Source of the DNA: Thermoanaerobaculia bacterium
GTDB lineage: Bacteria > Acidobacteriota > Thermoanaerobaculia > Multivoradales > UBA5704
Assembly: GCA_035644215.1 (NCBI GenBank)
Contig: DASQPA010000064.1
Location: 1-10,913, forward strand
DNA: 10,913 bases
Direction of reading: 5' to 3'
In this document: positions 1-6,372 of the stretch, one piece after another
Numbering within the stretch: the stretch's first letter is position 1
How the letters are laid out: every line of letters begins with the position of its first letter
Translations under genes and position numbers: made by a program
Notes under the pieces: model-generated
What the model was told of the DNA's origin: nothing
Databases searched by the model: none
Seen by the model: the letters and a program-made list of their open reading frames with translations, nothing else

Positions 1-165
1 TCTAGTGAACTATTTTTTGTATCCCTTCCTGGGAGTTCTTGTTGGTGGGGCAGGAGGGGGAGCCGTCGGCCTCCTGACGGCCGGGTGGTCCGGTCCAGAT
101 CGGGCGGAATGAGCCCTTGGGAGCAAATAGCTCGGGTGAAGCTGCGGACCTGAGAGACCGCTTCC

Positions 166-1233
166 TCAAGCCGAAGAGCTCTGGGGCACCAGAACGACCT
201 CGCACGGATTCTTCCGCCCGCGGATCAGGCGCGGGATACCTGCCTCCAGCTTGAATCCGTCCAAGTCGATTTGCGAACATCCAAGGTCGAAGGCCTTTTG
301 CAGGTCCGTGCCATAGCCGAGAGCGCGATAGAAACTCCGCGAGAAGCTGATCGCCGCTCTGTCGGTAATCCCCGCAGACATTCCGACCACCGCATCGGTG
401 TGCTCAGCTATAGCCTTTGCCTGCCCTTCGGACAGGCAGGCGTTGAGCACGACACAACGAAGGCGGTCTGAGAAGACGCGGAGCAAATTGGACAGGCTTT
501 CCGCCGACACCTCCCTGGCCACGCCCCCCTCGCTCTCCACAAGGATGGCGTTCGAACGGTTGCCGTGACCGCTGAAGTGGACGAGTCGCGGCCGGTGGGC
601 GAGAAGGGTCCGCTGAAGATCGTCGACACTTATGGCGAGGTCCGACGTGAGGAGGATTCGCTCCCGAAGGGGCGCCTCTCGGAGGACGGCCTCCACCTGG
701 TGAAGCTCGCGAGCAATCCCCAGCGCCGTGCTGCCGTCCGGATTGGCTCCCAGGAAGAGGAAGACCGCACCCGGAAAGAGACGCGCGTATACCAGGTCCT
801 GGATCTCCTGCAAGGAAACCTTCGTCCGGGCCTCCCCATGGATCTGTCGGAGAGCAGCAGCTGCAGCGGCGAGAGCTCGCTCGAGATCACCGGCTGCGAG
901 CTCCACTCTTGTCGAGTCCTCTCCGCTACGCCTTTCCCCGGGCAGCGCCTCAGCGAGATTCCGCAGGAGGGACCTCGCCGAGATCGCGCTGTTCCGGAGC
1001 AGGTGATCCACGGTTATCGTAACGAAGGAGAGAACTAGCACGAGATCCGGAATCAGCCCGAAACCATCGCCGAGCATCTCGTCACCTTCGAGGTGAGGGT
1101 CGGCGAAGTAGGCAGCGGCTAGCTCGTCGAAGTCCTCGATCTCGTCAGGAGCGAGCCGGGTGACGATAGGCTTCGCGAGGTCCCTGACGAGATCTTTCCC
1201 CGGTTCGCTGCGTAGAGCCTTGGCGATCCTCAT
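166..1233 (-). CDS. CHAT-domain (caspase-like Cys/His) peptidase with an unrecognised roughly 150-aa N-terminal helical domain; about 355 aa.
   Basis: Caspase-fold catalytic dyad motifs: PRLVHFSGHGN (His) and LRCVVLNACLSEG (Cys), preceded by a hydrophobic beta-strand AVFLFLGANPDG. This order and spacing is typical of CHAT/caspase-like domains. ATG at 1233 (4th codon of the track ORF, whose first codon is GTG at 1242) with Shine-Dalgarno AAGGTGA and a 5-nt spacer. Last gene of the operon. Confidence 0.75.
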   Translation of the reverse strand: MRIAKALRSEPGKDLVRDLAKPIVTRLAPDEIEDFDELAAAYFADPHLEGDEMLGDGFGLIPDLVLVLSFVTITVDHLLRNSAISARSLLRNLAEALPGERRSGEDSTRVELAAGDLERALAAAAAALRQIHGEARTKVSLQEIQDLVYARLFPGAVFLFLGANPDGSTALGIARELHQVEAVLREAPLRERILLTSDLAISVDDLQRTLLAHRPRLVHFSGHGNRSNAILVESEGGVAREVSAESLSNLLRVFSDRLRCVVLNACLSEGQAKAIAEHTDAVVGMSAGITDRAAISFSRSFYRALGYGTDLQKAFDLGCSQIDLDGFKLEAGIPRLIRGRKNPCEVVLVPQSSSA

Positions 1234-1263
1234 CGATCTCACCTTTCGCCGGCAGTCGCCGGT

Positions 1264-2508
1264 TCAAGCGGTCGTCCTGGCGTTGGCATTTCCCGCGGCC
1301 AGGACTCGGGTCTTCGTCGCCGCCGCCAACTGGGCGAAGGTAAAAACCTCGCCCTTGCCGAGCCCGACGGTGTCTCGGGGCTCGACCGGAGTGGCGACCT
1401 GGGGGGTCAGCCGGCGCCCGCTCACGAAGGTGCCGTTGGTCGAGCCCAGGTCGGCGAGCGAAAGCCGGCCGCCCGCGACCCACAGACGGGCGTGGTGGCG
1501 CGAGACGCCGTCGCTCTCGACGACGATGTCCCCTTCGCGGCCGAGGACGTAGGTGCCCTCCTCGGCCACGGAGGGGGGCGCGGCGAGGGCTCGTGGCGGC
1601 CGGCTCCCGGCCCCGACACCGGCACCGGCCCCGAGCGGCGCCTGGGCGGGGACCGGAAAACCCATCTGTCCCGCGTAGAAGAGCTGCATGAGGCTGTTGG
1701 TGCCGCCTGCCGCGCGCATCGCGACCTCCAGCGCCGCATCGTTCTGATAGAAGCCGAGGAGGAAATTGCGGGCCTCTTCGAGGGGGAGATCCCGCCCCTG
1801 CTCGCGCTTCACCTGCTCGACCATCTGGGCCGCCACCTGATTGAAGAGGAGACCTTTCTGGACCTGCGCCTCCCAGCCCGCGAGGCGCCCCTTGCCCTCC
1901 ATCTGCTCGCGCACTTCCGACTGGACGGCCTGCTTGACCTCTTTGTCGTCGGCGTCGACCTCGGTCAGCCAGACCTCCGGGACGGTGAGGCCCCAGCGGC
2001 GGGCGGTCTGCTCCAGGCCGCCCCGGATGCGCTCCCGCAGACCGCCCGCCGGCCCGCCGCCGAAAAGGACGCTGTCGATCCGCATCGACTGCACGGTCTC
2101 CCGGATCGAGTTCTGCGCCAGGCCGCGGAGGACGATGTTGGCTTCTTCTCCTCCCGCCTTTTGGCCATCCTCACCATCGCGCGAGAAGGGCTGGTAGGTG
2201 CCCGGCCCTTGCTCGAAGAGAGCGACGGCGTCGGTGACCGTGACGCGGAGAGTCGTCTTGAAGGAAATCCGCACCCGGTCGGCGGTGTAGTACTGTGCGG
2301 GCGGAATGTCCACCTGGCGTTCGCGGCGATAGATCACCACCAGCTCGGTGAGCCAAGGGAACAGCCATGTTAGCCCTTCCTGCCGCACGTCGTTCGTGCG
2401 CCGGCCGAGCACCAGCACGATTCCCACGGCGCCCACGGGGACGCGCTTCAAGCCGAGCCCCAGGATGATCAGGGCTCCCAGGGACAACACGACGACGGCA
2501 GCGAGCAT
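1264..2508 (-). CDS. SPFH/band-7 (stomatin/prohibitin/flotillin/HflKC-like) membrane protein with coiled-coil region and C-terminal FHA domain; about 414 aa.
   Basis: N-terminal TM helix MLAAVVVLSLGALIILGLGL, then an SPFH-like core: LKRVPVGAVGIVLVLGRRT...GLTWLFPWLTELVVIYRRERQVDIPPAQYYTADRVRISFKTTLRVTVTDAVALF...NIVLRGLAQNSIRETVQSMRIDSVLFGG. Charged helical region (EVKQAVQSEVREQMEGK...). C-terminal FHA domain: YVLGREGDIVVESDGVSRHHARLWV...LGSTNGTFVSGRRL. ATG at 2508 with GGGAGG (plus 2517-2522) and an 8-nt spacer. The 194-aa Arg/Pro-rich extension in track ORF 1264..3090 was rejected. Confidence 0.8.
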   Translation of the reverse strand: MLAAVVVLSLGALIILGLGLKRVPVGAVGIVLVLGRRTNDVRQEGLTWLFPWLTELVVIYRRERQVDIPPAQYYTADRVRISFKTTLRVTVTDAVALFEQGPGTYQPFSRDGEDGQKAGGEEANIVLRGLAQNSIRETVQSMRIDSVLFGGGPAGGLRERIRGGLEQTARRWGLTVPEVWLTEVDADDKEVKQAVQSEVREQMEGKGRLAGWEAQVQKGLLFNQVAAQMVEQVKREQGRDLPLEEARNFLLGFYQNDAALEVAMRAAGGTNSLMQLFYAGQMGFPVPAQAPLGAGAGVGAGSRPPRALAAPPSVAEEGTYVLGREGDIVVESDGVSRHHARLWVAGGRLSLADLGSTNGTFVSGRRLTPQVATPVEPRDTVGLGKGEVFTFAQLAAATKTRVLAAGNANARTTA

Positions 2509-2516
2509 GGCCGGTA

Positions 2517-2522
2517 CCTCCC
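2517..2522 (-). promoter_or_regulatory. Shine-Dalgarno GGGAGG for the SPFH-FHA gene, 8 nt from the ATG.
   Basis: Plus cctccc at 2517-2522 is GGGAGG on the minus strand, 8 nt upstream of ATG (2508-2506). Confidence 0.7.
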
Positions 2523-2525
2523 TTT

Positions 2526-3248
2526 CTAGGACGCGATGTAGAGCGGGCTGGACTGGGACTGGTTGGCGCGCCCCTGAGTATCCTCCAGCTGGGCCTCGGC
2601 CGAATAGGTACCGTTCGGCGCATTGGAGGGGAGCTCGAACTCCGCGGTCGCATCGACGATCCCACCGCCGTGGGGCACCTTGATCGTCGCGTCCTCGCCG
2701 GTCAGGTAGGAGCCCTGGTACTTGATGCCCCGGTAGCAATGGATCTCCAGGGTCTCCTTGGGATCGGGACCGATGACCAGATAGCGGATGTGGAGGGTCG
2801 CCTTCTGCCCCGGCTGGACGGTCTGCGGATCGAAGCGAATCTCCTGCACCCGGATCACGTAGCCGTCGCCCGGCTGGTAGTTGACGGCGCGCACCGCTTC
2901 GTCGCGGCTGTATTGAACGACGTCTTTGTGGCGCCCGATGAGATAGCCTGCAACCCCACCCACGGCGGCACCGGCCGCGACGCCGCGCGCTACGTTCTGG
3001 CCCAGCAACTTGGCCCGGAGCCCTCCGAGGACGCCGCCGACGATCGCTCCCGTCACGGCGCCCTTGCGGGAACGGTTGGCGGTCACCCACTCCTTTATGG
3101 ATTTCGGCTTTTGATCCTGCGAACCCGCCTGGGACGGGGCCGCAGAGTCGCCTCCGCCGGATGGCTCCTGGGACTGACAGTACGCCGGTGTCCCGGCCAG
3201 GGCTGCGAGCCAGATTGTCATGAGGGCCAATGCGGTGAATCGTTTCAT
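2526..3248 (-). CDS. Secreted glycine-zipper protein (Gly-zipper/17-kDa-surface-antigen-like segment) with a roughly 130-aa C-terminal domain of unknown function; about 240 aa.
   Basis: Starts MKRFTALALMTIWLAALAGTPAYCQ (signal peptide). Glycine zipper: GAVTGAIVGGVLGGLRAKLLGQNVARGVAAGAAVGGVAGYLIG. ATG at 3248 with GGGAGG (plus 3258-3263) and a 9-nt spacer. The upstream part of track ORF 2526..3398 is Arg-rich and was rejected. Confidence 0.7.
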   Translation of the reverse strand: MKRFTALALMTIWLAALAGTPAYCQSQEPSGGGDSAAPSQAGSQDQKPKSIKEWVTANRSRKGAVTGAIVGGVLGGLRAKLLGQNVARGVAAGAAVGGVAGYLIGRHKDVVQYSRDEAVRAVNYQPGDGYVIRVQEIRFDPQTVQPGQKATLHIRYLVIGPDPKETLEIHCYRGIKYQGSYLTGEDATIKVPHGGGIVDATAEFELPSNAPNGTYSAEAQLEDTQGRANQSQSSPLYIAS

Positions 3249-3257
3249 TGTCTCTAT

Positions 3258-3263
3258 CCTCCC
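3258..3263 (-). promoter_or_regulatory. Shine-Dalgarno GGGAGG for the glycine-zipper gene.
   Basis: Plus cctccc at 3258-3263, 9 nt upstream of ATG 3248-3246, in the 22-nt gap after the kinase stop. Confidence 0.65.
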
Positions 3264-3270
3264 GTTATCC

Positions 3271-5037
3271 CTATTGCGGTGGCTTCTTGACCACCGAATC
3301 CTGGGTCTTGATCTTTGTCTTGTTGAAGAGATCCTTGAGGGCCTGATCGGCCTGTGCCGCGAGCTCCCGCGCCCGATCGGCGACCGTCTCGGGAACACCG
3401 TTCTCGCCGGCCAACTTCGTGGCCATCTGCCTGGCTTCAGGGTAGGACTTCTCGCCGATCAGGCCTTCGATCTGCTGCAGGCGCTGCTGCCACTTCTCCT
3501 TCTCGCTCTCCTTGCGAAGGGAGTCCGTTTTCAGCGAAATCTGTGTCGTGGTGATCTCCTCGTCGAGGGCATGCAGGCGGGCGACCTCTTCAATGAGATC
3601 GGCGCGGTAGGGAACGGCCGTCTCTTGCAGGCGGCTGAGCCGAGAACGGGCGGCGGTGAACTGCTGCGCCTCGATGTCGGAACGCACGATCTCTATCCCC
3701 TGCCGGAGGGTCTCGCGAATCCGGACGAGCTCAAGCTGATGGGTCTGCACGTCGACCATGGCGGGCGACGGACGGGAACGAGGCGGTTCCGAAGGTTGGC
3801 GCTCGGCCCGCGGCGCTTCGTGACGGTGCGAAGGTGCCACCGGCTCGGCCGGGGTGAGGACGGCGACCGGCGTCGACCGCAGATTCCCCTCCAGAGGGCG
3901 GGAGGACGGCGGCGCGGAGACGCTCTCCGGGCTCACCGAAGGCGACGGTCCCAGAGTCGCGGCGGCAGCCGGCGCCTCGGCCGGAGGCGGCGCGGCGGGC
4001 AGCGCGGCGAAGTGGGCGATACCGAAGGCCACGAAGGCAAGAAGGAGAGCGGCGCCAGCCGCCACCCACAGCCGCCGAGCGGCGGGCTTTCGGCCAGCTG
4101 CCCCGGGCAGCGGCGGCGGAGACGGACGAGGGAGTACCGGGGCCGGAGCGGGAGACGGGGCCGGCGGCGCCGGAGGGCGCTGGGGGACCGTCGGGGAGGT
4201 CGTGAGGTCGGCGCTCCCCGGGGTCATCGCGTCGCGGAGAGCCCGCAGCATCTCGCCGGCGCTCTGGAAGCGATCGTCCGGTCGCTTGGCGAGCGCCCGC
4301 AACACTACTCTCGCCACCGCCGGCGGCACTCCCGACTGCAGCGTGGAGAGATCGGGTGGAGTCGCCTCTACCTGGAACTTGCTGACCTCGAACACGCTTT
4401 CGGCGTCGAAGGGCGGCGCGCCGTTCAGCATCTCAAAAAAAACGATGGCGGCGCTGTAGATGTCGGTCCGGTGGTCCATCTCGCGCGGCCGGAGGATCTG
4501 TTCGGGAGACATGTAGACTGGCGTACCGATCGAGGACTGCGACGCGGTCAGACGCTTGTCGCCGACGAGGAGGGCGATGCCGAAGTCCATGAGCTTCACC
4601 CGCCCGTCGGGGGTGAGCAGGATGTTCGACGGCTTGACGTCCCTGTGGATGACCCCTTCGGAGTGGGCGTAGTCGAGAGCCGCGAGCACCTGGGAGAAGA
4701 TCCCCACCGCCTCGCCCAAGGCGAGACCCCGACCCGCGCGCTCGGCGAGCCAGCTGTCGCAGGAGCGCCCGGTGACCAGCTCCATGACGATGAAAAAGTC
4801 GTCCTCGTCCTCGATCAGGTCGAACACCGAGACGATGTTGGGATGCTGCAGGCGCGCCTGGGTCCGCGCCTCGGAGAAAAACCTTTCTTTGAACTCGGGC
4901 TGGCGGGTCAGCTCGGGCGCCAGCTCCTTGATCGCCACCTGGCGGCGCAGGTGCTCGTGGGTGCCGCGGTAGACGACCCCCATGCCGCCCCGGCCGACCA
5001 ACTCGTCGATGCGGTAGGGTCCGACGTGCGTCTTCAT
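3271..5037 (-). CDS. Hanks-type Ser/Thr protein kinase (RD kinase), Pro-rich juxtamembrane segment, single TM helix, and a roughly 240-aa extracytoplasmic helical/coiled-coil sensor domain; about 588 aa.
   Basis: GRGGMGVVYRG; VAIKEL; HRDVKPSNILL; DFGIA; GTPVYMSPEQ; DIYSAAIVFFEMLNGAPPF. Juxtamembrane sequence TTSPTVPQRPPAPPAPSPAPAPVLPRPSPPPLPG. TM helix LWVAAGAALLLAFVAFGIAHFAAL. The C-terminal domain is helical with a coiled-coil-like stretch (KTDSLRKESEKEKWQQRLQQIEGL). ATG at 5037 with AGGAG (plus 5045-5049) and a 7-nt spacer. The track ORF extension (3271..5229) is Arg-rich and was rejected. Confidence 0.9.
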   Translation of the reverse strand: MKTHVGPYRIDELVGRGGMGVVYRGTHEHLRRQVAIKELAPELTRQPEFKERFFSEARTQARLQHPNIVSVFDLIEDEDDFFIVMELVTGRSCDSWLAERAGRGLALGEAVGIFSQVLAALDYAHSEGVIHRDVKPSNILLTPDGRVKLMDFGIALLVGDKRLTASQSSIGTPVYMSPEQILRPREMDHRTDIYSAAIVFFEMLNGAPPFDAESVFEVSKFQVEATPPDLSTLQSGVPPAVARVVLRALAKRPDDRFQSAGEMLRALRDAMTPGSADLTTSPTVPQRPPAPPAPSPAPAPVLPRPSPPPLPGAAGRKPAARRLWVAAGAALLLAFVAFGIAHFAALPAAPPPAEAPAAAATLGPSPSVSPESVSAPPSSRPLEGNLRSTPVAVLTPAEPVAPSHRHEAPRAERQPSEPPRSRPSPAMVDVQTHQLELVRIRETLRQGIEIVRSDIEAQQFTAARSRLSRLQETAVPYRADLIEEVARLHALDEEITTTQISLKTDSLRKESEKEKWQQRLQQIEGLIGEKSYPEARQMATKLAGENGVPETVADRARELAAQADQALKDLFNKTKIKTQDSVVKKPPQ

Positions 5038-6296
5038 GGCTGTTCTCCTGGGGTTTTGTCCGCCGCCCCGCCGTCGGCGCCATGGGCGCGGCGGAAAGCC
5101 GCCTGGCGCGCGGCGACGGCGGCGAGGAGTGGCGCGCCGCTCGCGTAACGTCCACGACCGTCGAGCAGTGAGAAGTAGTGCTTGTGGCCGCCGCGCGCCG
5201 CGAGGACGAGCGTGTAAGGGCTCTCCCACAGGCCGCCGTCGACCGCGAGCGAGGTGAGCTCAGCCCAGGGAACCGACCACTCGGCGGCACCGTGGCCGGC
5301 GCGGTGGAGGGAGATTCCGTCCTTGGACAAGCGCAGCTGCGCCGTCGCCTCTCCGCCGAAGCCCACCCCGGCGGTGGCCGGACGCACCGTGAACACCGAA
5401 TCGGAGCGCTCGGCTGCCGATGCAGGCTCGGTTTTTCCTGCGGCGGTCGCTGGCGCAGACACGGTCCTCTTCCCGGCGGCCGTAACCGCGGGTGCGGCTT
5501 TTTCGGCAGCCGCAGGCGCGGTTTTCCCGGTGGCCGGTGGGGGTGCGCTCGCCAACTTGGCCACCGCCCGGTCCTTGAGGTCGCGGGTGCGCACCACCAG
5601 GTCCACCGGCAACCGCGGCTCGAGCAGCAGGCAGTCGGCCTGTTCGACCGCCGCCTCCAACTTGCCGTCGAGCACGAGGTCTGCGATCTGGAGCACCTCG
5701 CGGCTCCATTCCTGCAGCTCCGAAGCCGAGGGTGCCGGGGGCTGATCGCCCACCCGCAGCAGACCGGGACGCTCCGCCAGCCGCCGAAACCAAGCGAGAA
5801 GGGGCGCCGACGACCGCAGGGCTGCGGCGACGGCGAGCCGGGCGGCGCGGTGGTCGTCTCCCGCGGTGCCGGCAGGCAGGAGGAGCGGACCGAAGAGGAA
5901 GAGCTCCGGCGGGTCCTTCTTCGGCGGACCGTCGCCCAGGGCGATGAGCAGGGTGGCGGTCGCCACGGCGGACCGCCCGGAACGCGGCAACGTCACCTGC
6001 AGGTCCCACCAGAGGGGCACCACCTCCGGACCCGGCGCGCGGCACACCTCCGTGAACCGGGCAGCGGCCGGGAGGGCGGAGTGGTCGGCGCAGACCACCA
6101 CGCCGCCGTCCCAGGCCCGTTCGCGCAGGGCCTCCTCGATCTCGCTGCGGTCCTCCGCCGCCAGGGAACGGCCCGGAGCGTCCGCGGCGCGGAGGATCGT
6201 GCGGAGCGCGGGAGACTCCGCCTCGGCGCCCCAGCCGGCCGGCACCCCCGGCACACCCGCCAGTGCCGCCAGCGCGAGGACAGCCCACGCCATCAT
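5034..6296 (-). CDS. Secreted/periplasmic protein of unknown function, about 420 aa: signal peptide, roughly 240-aa N-domain, Ala/Pro/Lys-rich flexible linker, roughly 100-aa C-terminal beta-rich (possibly PH-like) domain.
   Basis: ATG pair at 6296/6293 begins MMAWAVLALAALAGVPGVPAGWGAEA, a Sec-type signal peptide. The upstream part of track ORF 5034..6485 is Arg/Cys-rich junk. Low-complexity linker: PPPATGKTAPAAAEKAAPAVTAAGKRTVSAPATAAGKTEPASAAE. Stop TGA (5034-5036) overlaps the ATG of the downstream kinase (ATGA). The exact start is uncertain because the Shine-Dalgarno sequence is weak (AGGTG directly abutting the ATG). Confidence 0.6.
   Translation of the reverse strand: MMAWAVLALAALAGVPGVPAGWGAEAESPALRTILRAADAPGRSLAAEDRSEIEEALRERAWDGGVVVCADHSALPAAARFTEVCRAPGPEVVPLWWDLQVTLPRSGRSAVATATLLIALGDGPPKKDPPELFLFGPLLLPAGTAGDDHRAARLAVAAALRSSAPLLAWFRRLAERPGLLRVGDQPPAPSASELQEWSREVLQIADLVLDGKLEAAVEQADCLLLEPRLPVDLVVRTRDLKDRAVAKLASAPPPATGKTAPAAAEKAAPAVTAAGKRTVSAPATAAGKTEPASAAERSDSVFTVRPATAGVGFGGEATAQLRLSKDGISLHRAGHGAAEWSVPWAELTSLAVDGGLWESPYTLVLAARGGHKHYFSLLDGRGRYASGAPLLAAVAARQAAFRRAHGADGGAADKTPGEQP
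5045..5049 (-). promoter_or_regulatory. Shine-Dalgarno AGGAG for kinase 1, inside the 3' end of the upstream secreted-protein gene.
   Basis: Plus ctcct at 5045-5049, 7 nt upstream of ATG 5037-5035. Consistent with coupled translation across the ATGA overlap. Confidence 0.6.
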
Positions 6297-6372
6297 CACC
6301 TGCCGGATCCGCCGGCCGCCGGAATTCGTCGTTTGCTCCACGTCCTGTCTCCTTCCTTCCGCTCTCCCGGCT

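Noticed and set aside
63-82. Short inverted repeat gccgtc-N8-gacggc downstream of the CHAT gene; possible terminator
   Set aside because: The stem is only 6 bp and has no adjacent T/A tract in the correct orientation for the minus-strand operon. This is insufficient to call an intrinsic terminator.
2-280. 92-aa minus-strand ORF overlapping the 3' end of the CHAT gene
   Set aside because: It overlaps the CHAT coding region out of frame, has no ribosome-binding site, and its translation is non-protein-like.
2509-3090. 194-aa N-terminal extension of track ORF 1264..3090, and similar extensions of ORFs 2526..3398, 3271..5229, 5034..6485 and 9852..10838
   Set aside because: The extensions are poly-Arg/Pro junk and run through the upstream gene in another frame. 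Each gene has an internal ATG or GTG with a good GGAGG-type Shine-Dalgarno at the position where protein-like sequence (signal peptide, TM helix or kinase N-terminus) begins.
4435-4442. A8 homopolymer (T8 on the coding strand) inside kinase 1; possible slipped-strand phase-variation site
   Set aside because: It simply encodes the conserved FF of the kinase alpha-F region (AIVFFEML). An 8-mer is short for phase variation, and nothing else suggests contingency-locus behaviour.
3220-5148. 642-aa plus-strand ORF antisense to kinase 1
   Set aside because: The translation is Arg/Gly/Pro-rich low-complexity sequence with no recognisable motifs. It lies exactly opposite a gene with unmistakable Hanks kinase motifs. 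Long antisense ORFs are expected by chance at ~70% GC because stop codons are rare.
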